This document shows, piece after piece, positions 41,246 to 51,155 of a DNA stretch of 64,000 bases. The position numbers and the translations under genes are program-made. The number at the start of each line of letters is the position of its first letter. Within the stretch, counting starts at the first letter, position 1. This stretch comes from an uncultured Methanomicrobiales archaeon (GTDB lineage: Archaea > Halobacteriota > Methanomicrobia > Methanomicrobiales > Methanospirillaceae). The notes beneath the pieces were generated by a model. The model worked only from the letters and a program-made list of their open reading frames with translations, was not told the DNA's origin and did not search any database. The stretch spans positions 160,001 to 224,000 of the forward strand of contig OY969100.1 of assembly GCA_963697895.1 (NCBI GenBank). Reading direction: 5' to 3'.

Positions 41246-41841
41246 GACTCGGGCTCGGCCCCGGCGACCCGGAACTCCTTACCCTCCGGGCGGTCAGGCT
41301 GCTCCGGGAGGCCGATCACGTGTACGTCCCCGGCGAGATCGCCCGGAGGCTCGTGGCGCCCTACCGGGATGCACAGGTGCTCGAGTTCCCGATGACCGGG
41401 GACGAGAAATGGATCCGCCGCTGCCTGGAGGGGCATGCGGACCGGATCGCGAAGGAGGCAGAAGCCGGGCTCGTCCTCCTCGCCCTGATCGGGGACCCGA
41501 ACTTCTTTTCCACCTTCACCCGGCTCTGCACCCTGATCCGGGAGCGGTACCCGGGTATCCCGTACGAGACCGTGCCCGGCGTCAGCGCGATCACCGCGTT
41601 CGCATCGGTCGCCGGGCTCTCCCTCTCGGACGGTTTTTCGGTCTCCGACGGGAAGGCGAGCCCCCGGTCCCGGATCATCCTCAAGGTGACCCGTCCTGCC
41701 GAACTGGCGGAAGCGCTCCGGAAAGAAGGATATACCCGGTTTGTCCTGGTCGAACGAATGTACATGGAAGGGATGGCGGTCTACCACGGGGAGCTCCCGG
41801 AGACGAGCCATTACCTGTCCATCCTGTATGCGAGCGAATGA
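41236..41841 (+). CDS. cbiL: Cobalt-factor II C20-methyltransferase CbiL
   Basis: GLGPGDPELLTLRA, FPMT, GDPNFFSTF, VPGVSA. Confidence 0.92.
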   Translation: MLVGLGLGPGDPELLTLRAVRLLREADHVYVPGEIARRLVAPYRDAQVLEFPMTGDEKWIRRCLEGHADRIAKEAEAGLVLLALIGDPNFFSTFTRLCTLIRERYPGIPYETVPGVSAITAFASVAGLSLSDGFSVSDGKASPRSRIILKVTRPAELAEALRKEGYTRFVLVERMYMEGMAVYHGELPETSHYLSILYASE

Positions 41842-42560
41842 ACATGGAAACGGTCTATTTCGTCGGTGCGGGCCCGGGGGACCCGGACCTGATCACGGTG
41901 AAGGGGCTCTCGCTCCTCACGCAGGCAGACGTCCTCGTCTATGCCGGATCGCTCGTCAACCCGGAGCTCGTGGCAAGATCCCCGGCCGGGGTGAAGCTGA
42001 ACAGCATGGGGATGCAGCTCCCGGAGCTGGTCCGGGTGATGGAGGGGCATGCCCGGGAGGACCGCCGGGTGGTGCGCCTCCATTCCGGGGACCCCTCGCT
42101 GTACGGGGCAATCGTCGAGCAGATTGCCGGCCTCTCCGCACTCGGGGTGCCGGTACGGTGCGTTCCGGGGGTCTCGTCCCTTTTCGGTGCCGCCGCGGCG
42201 TTGCAGACCCAGCTCACCCTCGCGGGGGTCTCCGAGACCCTGATCGTCACGCGGCCGGCGGGGAAGACCCTCGAACACGACCAGATCCGGGAACTCTCCG
42301 GGCTCGGAGCGACCCTCGTCGTCTTCCTCGGCACGGAGCACCTCGGGGAGATCACGGCGAAGCTCGCCTGCCCGCCGGAGACCCCGGCGGCGGTCGTCTA
42401 CCACGCGAGCTGGCCGGACGAGCAGGTCGTCCTCGGGACCGTCGCGGATATCGCGGAGAAGGCCCGGGATGCCGGCATCACCCGTTCGGCCCTCCTGATC
42501 GTCGGCGCCGTGGTCGACCCGCTCCATTCGGGATTCCGGAGGTCGGTTCTCTACTCATGA
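41838..42560 (+). CDS. cbiF: Cobalt-precorrin-4 C11-methyltransferase CbiF
   Basis: VYFVGAGPGDPDLITVKG, YAGSLV, RLHSGDPSLYGA, ASWPDE. Confidence 0.95.
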   Translation: MNMETVYFVGAGPGDPDLITVKGLSLLTQADVLVYAGSLVNPELVARSPAGVKLNSMGMQLPELVRVMEGHAREDRRVVRLHSGDPSLYGAIVEQIAGLSALGVPVRCVPGVSSLFGAAAALQTQLTLAGVSETLIVTRPAGKTLEHDQIRELSGLGATLVVFLGTEHLGEITAKLACPPETPAAVVYHASWPDEQVVLGTVADIAEKARDAGITRSALLIVGAVVDPLHSGFRRSVLYS

Positions 42561-43429
42561 CAGGCACGGCGGTCGTCACGTTCCCCCGCACGGGGGGTGA
42601 AGCGGCGCAGATCGCGGAGTACCTCTCCGGGGAGACGGTCCTGTACCGCGAAGGGGTATTCGCAGAGGCCTGGACGGAATACGAAGGGATCGTCGCGCTG
42701 ATGGCGACCGGTATCGTGGTCCGGCAGGTCGCCCCGCTGCTCCGGGACAAATGGAACGATCCCGCGGTCGTCGTCGTCACCCCGGATCTCCGGTACGCGA
42801 TCCCCCTGGTCGGCGGGCACCACGGGGCAAATGAACTCGCCCGCCGGCTCTCCGGCATGGGGATCACCCCGGTGATATCCACCGCAACGGAGGTCCGGGG
42901 ACGCGAGGCGGTGGAACAGGTGGCGGAGCGGACCGGGTGCCGGGTGATCAACCGCGAATCGACCCGGGAGGTCAATGCGGCGGTCCTGGACGGGGACGTG
43001 CCGGTGTACCGTATTCCGGGCCCCGGGATCGTGATCGCCGGCCCGGGGGTCTCGTTTCTCTGCCGGGCGGGGGAGTTTTCTGTGGGCATCGGCTGCAGGA
43101 AGGGGGTCTCCCGGGACGAGGTGATCGGGGCGGTCGGCCGGGCACTCGGCGATGCCGGGATCGCCGCCGGGGAGATCGCGGTCTATGCGACCACCGATAA
43201 GAAGGCCCGCGAACAGGGGCTGATCGACGCCGTAACGGCGCTCTCGGGGAACCTCGTCTTCATCGATCCCGGGGCGATCGGACGTCAGGGGAGCGTGTCT
43301 CCCTCGCGGGCCGCGCTCATCGGGCTGAAAGGAGTGGCGGAGCCCTGCGCGCTCGCCGTATCCCGGAAGGGAGAACTCGTGATGGAAAAGAAGGTGTACG
43401 GGAGGGTGACCGTTGCTATCGCCCGATGA
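42557..43429 (+). CDS. cbiG: Cobalt-precorrin-5A hydrolase CbiG
   Basis: MATGIVVR, KWNDPAV, GGHHGAN, TAT, GIGCRKG, GVAEP. Confidence 0.93.
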   Translation: MTGTAVVTFPRTGGEAAQIAEYLSGETVLYREGVFAEAWTEYEGIVALMATGIVVRQVAPLLRDKWNDPAVVVVTPDLRYAIPLVGGHHGANELARRLSGMGITPVISTATEVRGREAVEQVAERTGCRVINRESTREVNAAVLDGDVPVYRIPGPGIVIAGPGVSFLCRAGEFSVGIGCRKGVSRDEVIGAVGRALGDAGIAAGEIAVYATTDKKAREQGLIDAVTALSGNLVFIDPGAIGRQGSVSPSRAALIGLKGVAEPCALAVSRKGELVMEKKVYGRVTVAIAR

Positions 43430-44198
43430 TCGCCCGGGAGCCCTCTTCATCGTGGGGATCGGGCCCGGGGACCTCCGGTCCCTGACCGGGCGGGCGTGCG
43501 ATGCGATCGCGGCCTCCGCATATGTCATCGGGAACGATCGGTACCTCCGGTCGATCGAGCCGCTGATCGAAGGGAAAGTGATCATCCGGAGCGGTATGGG
43601 TCAGGAGGTTGCCCGGGCGCGTGAGGCGGTCGATCTCGCCCGGGAGCATGTCGTCTCGATCGTGAGCGGCGGCGATCCCGGGGTGTACGGGATGGCGAGT
43701 ATCGTCCTCGAGGTGATCGAACATTCGGATGCCGATCTCCGGGTGGAGATCGTACCCGGAGTCACGGCGGCGACGGCGGCGGCTGCCCTGGCGGGGTCAC
43801 CCCTCTCGGGAGACTTCGTCGTCATCAGCCTCTCCGACCTCCTCACCCCGTACGAGGAGATCGCCCGGAGGCTCGGATGCGCATTTGCGATGGGGGTGCC
43901 CGTGGTCCTCTATAACCCGAAGAGCCGGGGAAGGCCGCACCACCTCGTCGCCGCATACGCGATCGCCCGCACCCATCTTCCCCCGGGGACCCCGGTCGTG
44001 ATCGTGAGGAACGTATCCCGGGCCGGGGAAGGGGTCTTCGTCACCACCCTCGGGGAGGCGGATGCGGCTGCCGGAGAGGTGGATATGCATACCACGGTCA
44101 TCATCGGGGGAACAGAAAGCAGAATATGGAGGAATAAGGATGAAACAGTCAGAGGGGTCATCACCCCGCGGGGATACCACCGGAAATACGTATATTGA
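43413..44198 (+). CDS. cbiH: Cobalt-precorrin-3B C17-methyltransferase CbiH
   Basis: VGIGPG, SGGDPGVYGMA, ISLSDLLTP, YNPKS, DM.T, TPRGY. Confidence 0.95.
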   Translation: MLSPDDRPGALFIVGIGPGDLRSLTGRACDAIAASAYVIGNDRYLRSIEPLIEGKVIIRSGMGQEVARAREAVDLAREHVVSIVSGGDPGVYGMASIVLEVIEHSDADLRVEIVPGVTAATAAAALAGSPLSGDFVVISLSDLLTPYEEIARRLGCAFAMGVPVVLYNPKSRGRPHHLVAAYAIARTHLPPGTPVVIVRNVSRAGEGVFVTTLGEADAAAGEVDMHTTVIIGGTESRIWRNKDETVRGVITPRGYHRKYVY

Positions 44199-44835
44199 TC
44201 TCGGGGCGGTCACCCCGGAGGCGTACGAGATCTCGGCGGCGAGCCGGAGGCTTGCCCGGAAGGAGATCGGCGACCGGGATTTCGAGGACCGGGTCCGCCA
44301 GCGCTGCGCGGTCGCGGTCGGCGATTTCTCTCTCGCCGATCTCATCCGGTTCCGGGGCGACCCGGTCGCTGCCGCGCTCCGGGCACTCGGCCGCGGGGCA
44401 CCGGTGATCGCCGATATCCGGATGGTGCAGGTGGGGATACAGAAGAAGGGTCACCGGAGCGAGATACGCTGTGCGCTCGATTACGGGAGCGATATTGCCA
44501 CGGAACGGGGGATTACGCGGTCATCCGCGGGTTTTCTCGCGCTGCAGGACGAACTGCCGGGAGCGATCGTCGTCGTCGGCAATGCGCCGACGGCTCTCCT
44601 GACGGTCTGTGCGCTGGTATCTGCCGGGCAGCGCCCGGCCGTGATCATCGGCACCCCGGTCGGGTTCGTCCGTGCGGCGGAGTCGAAGGAGCTCCTCCGC
44701 ACCCTCGATATCCCCTCCGTTTCCACCGAGGGGACCCGGGGCGGGACCCCGGTCGCGGTCGCGGCGATGAACGAGTGCATCACGATCCACGCGGAACAGG
44801 CAGGAGGAGATGGAGGATCCGGTCACCGGGTTTGA
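44140..44835 (+). CDS. cbiC: Cobalt-precorrin-8 methylmutase CbiC
   Basis: TRS, VGNAPTAL, GTPVGFV.AAESK, RGGTPVAVA; GGAGG RBS before ATG 44140. Confidence 0.92.
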   Translation: MKQSEGSSPRGDTTGNTYIDLGAVTPEAYEISAASRRLARKEIGDRDFEDRVRQRCAVAVGDFSLADLIRFRGDPVAAALRALGRGAPVIADIRMVQVGIQKKGHRSEIRCALDYGSDIATERGITRSSAGFLALQDELPGAIVVVGNAPTALLTVCALVSAGQRPAVIIGTPVGFVRAAESKELLRTLDIPSVSTEGTRGGTPVAVAAMNECITIHAEQAGGDGGSGHRV

Positions 44836-45814
44836 GTACCCGGAGCGCTGGGTGCAGGCCTGCACCACCCCCGCACTGCTCGGGGATGTCGCGCGGGGGC
44901 TCGCGGTACTCACCGCGTCCGGGACCGTGCTCCGGAGAGGGTTCACCACCGGGACGACCGCAGCGGCGGCATGCAAGGCGGCGGTCCTCTCGCTTGGCGG
45001 GACGGCGTACGACTGGGTACCGGTCACGATCCCGGCAGGTCTCACCGTTGATGTGCCGGTATCCGCACGGGAGGGAACGGCTGTCGCCTCGAAATTCGCC
45101 GGGGGCTACCCCGGAGACCTCACCGCCGGGCTCTGTTTTCAGGCCATGGCCCGGCCGGCCGAAGAGATCCGCGTCATCCCGGGGGAGGGGATCGGCCGGT
45201 TCTCCCGGGGCACGCCGCGGTTCAGGAAGGGAGATCCGGCGATCAGTCCTCCCGCACGGGACTGCATCGGGAGATCCGTCCGGGAAGCATGCGACGCATG
45301 CGGCCTTCGCGGCGCAGAGATTACTCTTGTGGTCCCCGGCGGCGCGGAGGTGGGTAGGATGACCCTCAATCCCCGGGTGGGAGTCGTTGGCGGGATCTCG
45401 ATCCTCGGCACGACCGGGCTCGTCGAACCCTGGGACGACCACCTCGGGGAATCGGTCCGGGAACGGGTCGCTTCCGCACCCCGTGTCGTCCTCACCACCG
45501 GGCGGACGGGCCTCCGCTTCGCCCGCCTCCTCTTTCCGGACCACGAACCGATCCTCGCCGGTGCACGCCTGGAAGAGGCGCTCGGTGTCGCCCGGGGGGA
45601 TGTGATCCTCTGCGGTCTTCCCGGGCTTATCCTCCGGTTCTGCGACCCGGAGATCCTTTCCGGGACCGGATGTGTCACGGTCGAGGAGCTCGTCCCGGAC
45701 CCGGTCTTCCCGGAACGGTTCGATCGGGCGGTGATCTCCCTCCACAAAAGATATCCCGGGATCCGGATCGTCTGCGTGGACCGGAGCGGCCGGGTCATCG
45801 GTGATAGCGGATGA
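44810..45814 (+). CDS. cbiD: Cobalt-precorrin-5B C1-methyltransferase CbiD
   Basis: LRRGFTTGT.AAAA.KAA, GEGIG, TLNPRVGVVGGISILGTTG.VEP. Confidence 0.95.
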   Translation: MEDPVTGFEYPERWVQACTTPALLGDVARGLAVLTASGTVLRRGFTTGTTAAAACKAAVLSLGGTAYDWVPVTIPAGLTVDVPVSAREGTAVASKFAGGYPGDLTAGLCFQAMARPAEEIRVIPGEGIGRFSRGTPRFRKGDPAISPPARDCIGRSVREACDACGLRGAEITLVVPGGAEVGRMTLNPRVGVVGGISILGTTGLVEPWDDHLGESVRERVASAPRVVLTTGRTGLRFARLLFPDHEPILAGARLEEALGVARGDVILCGLPGLILRFCDPEILSGTGCVTVEELVPDPVFPERFDRAVISLHKRYPGIRIVCVDRSGRVIGDSG

Positions 45815-46389
45815 AGGTCGTCGGGGTGGGCTGCGGACCGGGAATGCTCACCGAGGAGGCGATCCGGGCGATCTCCGCGGCACGGGAGATCTACGGGTCG
45901 CGGCGGGCGATCGTCCTCGCCGGACGGTACATCTCTTCCTCGTCGGCGGTGCATGAACTCGCAGACTTCCGGCACCTCCGCGACCTCCCGGACGATGCGG
46001 TCCTCCTCTCCACGGGTGACCCGATGCTCGCCGGTCTCGGGGGTTCGGGGGATCTCGTGATCCCCGGCATCTCTTCCCTGCAGGTCGCCGCTTCCCGGTT
46101 GCAGATCCCGCTCGCCCGGATCTCGGTCGTTTCGGCGCATGGAAAGGACCATGCGGATGCGATCTGTGCAACGATCGGGGAGCTCTCGCGGGGGCGTGCG
46201 GTCTTCCTTCTCGCAGACCCGGCGTTCGATCTCCGGCTTGCCGCAGCAGCGGTTGCGGCCCGGCGAACGGACACCCGGATCGCCGTCTGTGAACGTCTGG
46301 GATATCCGGACGAACGGGTCTGCGTCGGAACCGCGGCCGCGCCGCCGGAGGTCTGCTCCGATCTCTTCGCGATCCTGATCTGGGAGTGA
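45811..46389 (+). CDS. cbiE: Cobalt-precorrin-7 C5-methyltransferase CbiE
   Basis: VGVGCGPG, STGDPM, IPGISS.Q, SAHG, ERLGYPDE. Confidence 0.92.
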   Translation: MKVVGVGCGPGMLTEEAIRAISAAREIYGSRRAIVLAGRYISSSSAVHELADFRHLRDLPDDAVLLSTGDPMLAGLGGSGDLVIPGISSLQVAASRLQIPLARISVVSAHGKDHADAICATIGELSRGRAVFLLADPAFDLRLAAAAVAARRTDTRIAVCERLGYPDERVCVGTAAAPPEVCSDLFAILIWE

Positions 46390-46825
46390 CGGACTCCCCC
46401 TTTCCTGTCCGCCGCCGACCAACTTACCTGATCAGAATGACAATCACGGCCGCTTCTCCGTGTTGTGTCTCACGAACTCCTGTTTTCCCGATATAAACCG
46501 TGAGATGAGGCGGGTTTCATCATTCAGAGAGTCCGGGACATGCCGGCCGGGGGAACAACAACCTGCCTGTCGGGAAGAAGAGATAAAACAAAATGATCGA
46601 TGCATTCGAACGTATTGGACAGATGCTTCATAGCCCGGGCTGAAAAAGAATTGGAGCCTCCGGGGAGTCCGCCCGGAGGTTACTGTTATCCCCCCTCCAC
46701 CAATGTGGATTACGAGAGACCTTGCAGCCTGATCATATGAATGTTTCTATCACCCTGAAACGGGAGGCCGTGGGGGGGGGAGAGGGAATGTACCAGGGAC
46801 CCGGCATAGTGACCTGAATACGGGT

Positions 46826-47260
46826 CCGATGGGGGGCGATCGTCAGGTTTCCTGCCATTCCGGGCTCGGATTTCCACCGGGTCGGATCAGGCGTTCAGGA
46901 GGAGGGAGGATCAGCATGATCAGCATTACCACGATCGCAAAAGATCGATAGGAGGGACAATCGCCCGGGTTCCTTCCACCAGGTCGGATCAGTCATTCAG
47001 GAAGGCAGGGGAGGAATACCCGCATTATCGGCTCACGGCGAACGATCATAGAGGGGATAATCGTCCGGGTTCCTTCCACAAGGTCGGATCAGTCATTTGG
47101 GAAGGCAGGGGAGGAATACCCGCATTATCGGCTCACGGCGAACGATCATAGAGGGGACAATCGTCCGGGTTCCCGTCATCGCGGGCGGTTTTCCACCGGG
47201 TCAGATCAGGCAAGGAGGTAGGGGAGGAGGATCAGCATGATCAGCATCACCACGATCACC
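46826..47260. repeat. Tandem array (~4 copies, 100-117 bp) derived from the site-2 protease 3' end
   Basis: TTCCAC.nGGTC.GATCAG at 46872, 46974, 47074, 47191; 46871-46936 mirrors 47190-47257. Confidence 0.85.
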
Positions 47261-48495
47261 GAGGAGACGGCGGAGACGACGACCGGGACATACTTTGCCA
47301 GCCCCCGGCGAACGAGCAGCCGGTTCACCCCTTCCTTCATGATATATCCCCCGTCCAGCGGGATCATCGGTATCGCGTTGAAGATCCCGACATTGAGGTT
47401 GATCCAGCCGGACCAGAAGAGGATATGGATGACGCTCCAGAAGAGGGGAAACGGAATGCTGTAGAAAGCGGTCGCCGGGGTGTCTACCGCAAGGAGGCGA
47501 AGGGACTGACCGGCGACGCTCATATCGAAGGGGATGGTGATCAGCCGGAGGAACCCGACGATGGAGAGGCTGTTCGCCACCTCGGCGGAGACCAGCTGAC
47601 CGCTGAAGTAGTATACCCCCATGAACCCGGTGGTGCGGTTTCCGATCTCCTCCGGCCAGGGGGAGAGCGTCAGCGCATAGGTATCGGGGACCCCGCTGGT
47701 TTCGGCCGCGAGGGTGATGTTCTGACCGGGCACGGTCGTGTTGAGGAACGCGGCGACCTGGTCCGGGGTCTGCACCGCGGTCCCGTTCATCGCCGTGATG
47801 ACCGACCAGGGCGGGACCCCCGCCTCGGCGGCGGAATAGTTCGCGTAGACTCCCTGGATCACGGGGGCGTCGGTCGGCACTGCCGCCCCGAAGAGGAGGA
47901 TCATCGCGGTGAAGCAGATCACGCCGAGGACGATGTTGTTCGTAATCCCGGCCCCGAACATCCGGACTTTCGGCGCCGGTTTTGCCTGCTCGAGATCCTC
48001 CTCGTCCGGTTCGACAAAGAACCCGATAGGGATCACCGCGATGATAATCCCTATCGCCCGCACCCGGATCCCCTCTATCCGGGAGAGCACCCCGTGCCCG
48101 AGCTCGTGGACCGCAATGGTAAGGATAAAGGCAAACCAGACTGCAAAGGTGGACGGGACGTACTGGTTGATCCCGGGGATGAGCAGGATGTTCTGGGGTT
48201 CATAGATCCCCGTCGGGGGCGGGTGCACGGCGAGCGTGTACTGGAGCGAAAAGAAGAGGAGCACGGTGATGGAGACCGAGATCACGGCGACCATGATCAC
48301 GCCGAACGTGGCGTATATCCGGAGGAACGGGCCGAGGCGGTCGAACGCGTCCAGGAATCCTACGGTTTTGCTCCTGATCGCCATAATCGGACCGTAAAAC
48401 CCGATATGGTCGGGGAGTATCTTCTTCCGCCAGATGAAGAGGGCGATGATCGCATACGCGAGGATAAAAAGAATGACGATCAGGAGCCAGTTCAT
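47206..48495 (-). CDS. Site-2 protease (M50) with PDZ-like domain
   Basis: HELGH, GFFVEPD, FNAIPMIPLDGG, multiple TM segments. Confidence 0.93.
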   Translation of the reverse strand: MNWLLIVILFILAYAIIALFIWRKKILPDHIGFYGPIMAIRSKTVGFLDAFDRLGPFLRIYATFGVIMVAVISVSITVLLFFSLQYTLAVHPPPTGIYEPQNILLIPGINQYVPSTFAVWFAFILTIAVHELGHGVLSRIEGIRVRAIGIIIAVIPIGFFVEPDEEDLEQAKPAPKVRMFGAGITNNIVLGVICFTAMILLFGAAVPTDAPVIQGVYANYSAAEAGVPPWSVITAMNGTAVQTPDQVAAFLNTTVPGQNITLAAETSGVPDTYALTLSPWPEEIGNRTTGFMGVYYFSGQLVSAEVANSLSIVGFLRLITIPFDMSVAGQSLRLLAVDTPATAFYSIPFPLFWSVIHILFWSGWINLNVGIFNAIPMIPLDGGYIMKEGVNRLLVRRGLAKYVPVVVSAVSSVIVVMLIMLILLPYLLA

Positions 48496-48560
48496 TTCTA
48501 ACAGGTTATCGTTCCGAACCCATAAAACACATCGACGTTAACCCGAAGGAGGACGGTTTT

Positions 48561-49205
48561 TCAGGGTTCGAAATCGAAGATGCTCGTCTGTTCCAGCCGT
48601 TCGCGGAGGGCCCGGACGGTCTCCCAGCTCCACCGGGCGCAGAGGGGGGGCCGTCCCCGGGAGCGCATCTCTCCTTCCAGGAACGCGATCGTCACGTCAT
48701 CCGACGGGTACCCGCTCCCGACCGGACCGTACTGCTCCGCAAGCCGGGCGACCTCCCGGTCACGGGTGACTTTTGCCACGATGCTCGCCGCCATCACCAC
48801 CGGATAGGTCTCGTCCGCATGGTGCCGTGCCACCACCCGGCAGGGGAAACCGAGCCTCCCCCTGACCTGCCTCCCGTGACGCGGGGCAACAACGTCGCAG
48901 GCATCGACGTAGGCGACCGACGGGCGGATCCCCGCGATCACCCGTGCGTGTGCATCCACGAGGAGGACGTTCATCGTCATCCTCCTCCTCCGCTCGTCGA
49001 TCTCCCCGGGAGGGATGACGAGGACGGTGCTCGGGAATCTCGCGGTGATCTCCTCGTAGAGGAGCTCCCGCCGGGGGGGCGCCAGCTGCTTCGAGTCCTT
49101 CAGCCCGAGCGGGAGCAGCTCGCCCGGGTCTCCGCAGCCGACGGCGGCAACGACCATCGGGCCGAGGACCGCTCCCTTTCCGGCCTCGTCCACACCGCAG
49201 AACAC
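48561..49205 (-). CDS. rnhB: Ribonuclease HII
   Basis: GVDEAGKG, KDSK, VDA, AASIVAKVTRD, GSGYPSD. Confidence 0.96.
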   Translation of the reverse strand: MFCGVDEAGKGAVLGPMVVAAVGCGDPGELLPLGLKDSKQLAPPRRELLYEEITARFPSTVLVIPPGEIDERRRRMTMNVLLVDAHARVIAGIRPSVAYVDACDVVAPRHGRQVRGRLGFPCRVVARHHADETYPVVMAASIVAKVTRDREVARLAEQYGPVGSGYPSDDVTIAFLEGEMRSRGRPPLCARWSWETVRALRERLEQTSIFDFEP

Positions 49206-49226
49206 ACCATTCCGGTTTGATCTGCA

Positions 49227-49644
49227 GATATTTCAAGGATGGTACCGGGACAGTGCCGGGGATATTTCAAGGATGGTACCGGGACAGCGCCGGGGATATT
49301 TCAAGGATGGTACCGGGACAGCGCCGGGGATATTTCAAGGATGGTACCGGGACAGCGCCCGGGGATATTTCAAGGATGGTACCGGGACAGCGCCCGGGGA
49401 TATTTCAAGGATGGTACCGGGACAGCGCCCGGGGATATTTCAAGGATGGTACCGGGACAGCGCCCGGGGATATTTCAAGGATGGTACCGGGACAGCGCCC
49501 GGGGATATTTCAAGGACGGTACCGGGACAGTGCCGGGGATATTTCAAGAAGGGTACCGGGACAGCGCCCGGGGATATTTCAAGAAGGGTACCGGGACAGC
49601 GCCCGGGGATATTTCAAGGATGGTACCGGGACAGTGCCGGGGAT
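49227..49644. repeat. Tandem array, 12 copies of 34-35 bp GATATTTCAAGGATGGTACCGGGACAGCGC(C)CGGG, no spacers
   Basis: Unit starts at 49227, 49261, 49295, 49329, 49364, 49399, 49434, 49469, 49504, 49538, 49573, 49608. Confidence 0.97.
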
Positions 49645-49709
49645 GTGCCGAAAAAAAGGAGCGAAAAGAACGGGTTCCCGGTTTTTTTTTTGCAGCCGGT
49701 CCCCGCAAC

Positions 49710-50906
49710 CTATTTGATTTTGCCCATCAGTTTTGCGAGTTCGACGAGGAGAGAGGGGTTATGCCGGATCAGTTCCTTGATCAGGTTGAACGTGGAGAAC
49801 TCCTGCAGGTTGATCCGGGAGATCGAATGGGCGAGCGCGTTCAGCTTCTCGTCCGAGAGGCCGATGAAGTACTCCTTGATGTGCCAGTTCCGCGCGATCG
49901 TCTTTCCCATGGGGGACACCCGCCACCGGGCATCGTAGGGCAGGAGCCCTTCACACGAACATTCATCGTTCGCTATCGCTTCGCACGCGACCTCTGCCGC
50001 GAGCCTTCCCGTGAACATCGCATTATAGATCCCGCCGCCGGTGATCGGGTCGACCACGCGGGCCGCATCCCCGACGATCATGAGCCCGTCGCCGACCGTG
50101 CAGGGGAGCGGACGGCAGACCGAAACGCCGCCGACGATGCATTCGATCGTCTTTCCTTCCGGGAAATGCGCCTGCACGAACCGGTCCAGGTAGTCCTTTG
50201 CCCGGTGGCCGGTCCCGCTCTTCCTCCCGGAGATCCCGATCCCGACGTTCGCGGTCCGGTCTCCCTTCGGGAAGACCCAGACATATCCCTCGGGCGCGAT
50301 ATGGTTACCGAGATAAAACACCGTCGTGTGCGGGTCGATATCGATATCCGTCATGAGATACTGTGCCGAACTCATGATCTCCCTGATCGGGACCGTCGTA
50401 TCGAATCCCGACCAGCGGGCGAACTTGGACTCCACCCCGTCCGCCGCGATCACGACATCGGCATCGACCCGGGAACTGGTCCCGCAACAGTCGAGAAAGG
50501 CGCCTTTCACCGCTCCGTTCTCGATCACCGGGCAGGTTGCACGGGTCTTCACCGCGATGTCGGAGCCCATCTCCGCCGCCTGCCAGACGAGCTCCCGGTC
50601 GAAGACCTTCCGGTCGAGGATATAGCCTACCTTGCCGCCGGCATGCCGGGACTCGAGGATCATGGACGTGCCGTCGGGCGAGACGAGCTCCGCCCGTTTC
50701 ATATCCGCGGAGATCCAGCGCGGGTCAGGGTCGATGAACTCGGCGAGCGCCTCCTTCCCGATCCCTTCCGCACACCGGACCGGGGTGCCTATCGCGGCCC
50801 GCTTCTCCACGAGGCAGACGGAGAGCCCCTTCTCTGCCGCGGTGCGTGCCGCGATCGCCCCGCCCGGGCCTCCCCCGATGACGAGCACATCATACCGATC
50901 CTTCAT
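49710..50906 (-). CDS. Digeranylgeranylglycerophospholipid reductase (GGR)
   Basis: [40 protein letters not shown]...P.TGGGI; start ATG 50906. Confidence 0.93.
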   Translation of the reverse strand: MKDRYDVLVIGGGPGGAIAARTAAEKGLSVCLVEKRAAIGTPVRCAEGIGKEALAEFIDPDPRWISADMKRAELVSPDGTSMILESRHAGGKVGYILDRKVFDRELVWQAAEMGSDIAVKTRATCPVIENGAVKGAFLDCCGTSSRVDADVVIAADGVESKFARWSGFDTTVPIREIMSSAQYLMTDIDIDPHTTVFYLGNHIAPEGYVWVFPKGDRTANVGIGISGRKSGTGHRAKDYLDRFVQAHFPEGKTIECIVGGVSVCRPLPCTVGDGLMIVGDAARVVDPITGGGIYNAMFTGRLAAEVACEAIANDECSCEGLLPYDARWRVSPMGKTIARNWHIKEYFIGLSDEKLNALAHSISRINLQEFSTFNLIKELIRHNPSLLVELAKLMGKIK

Positions 50907-51072
50907 GCACAACCTCCAGCGCCCCGAGGGGGCAGACCTTTGCACAGATGCCACAGCTGGTGCAGTTTTCCTCCACCTCCAGGTAGGCGTCGATCAGCTC
51001 GAGCGCCCCTTCCGGACAGACCGACACGCAGCACCCGCAGTAGCCACAGATATCCCGGTGAACCCGTAACAT
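50890..51072 (-). CDS. 2[4Fe-4S] ferredoxin
   Basis: [12 protein letters not shown] and [12 protein letters not shown]; overlaps the GGR start. Confidence 0.93.
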   Translation of the reverse strand: MLRVHRDICGYCGCCVSVCPEGALELIDAYLEVEENCTSCGICAKVCPLGALEVVHEGSV

Positions 51073-51155
51073 TCCTGATCCTGTTGGAGAGGTATTCCCA
51101 TAATCCTTTCTTTGGTTCCCACCGGCCCCGGGAAGGGAATTCCCGGATGTCCGGT

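Noticed and set aside
40671-43429. CbiT-CbiF (629 aa) and extended CbiG (562 aa) fusion proteins
   Set aside because: The intervening parts are off-frame readings of cbiL and cbiF; each real gene has its own overlapping start.
49227-49644. CRISPR array (35-bp repeat length)
   Set aside because: Units are head-to-tail with no unique spacers, and there is no leader or cas gene; the same applies to the other arrays.
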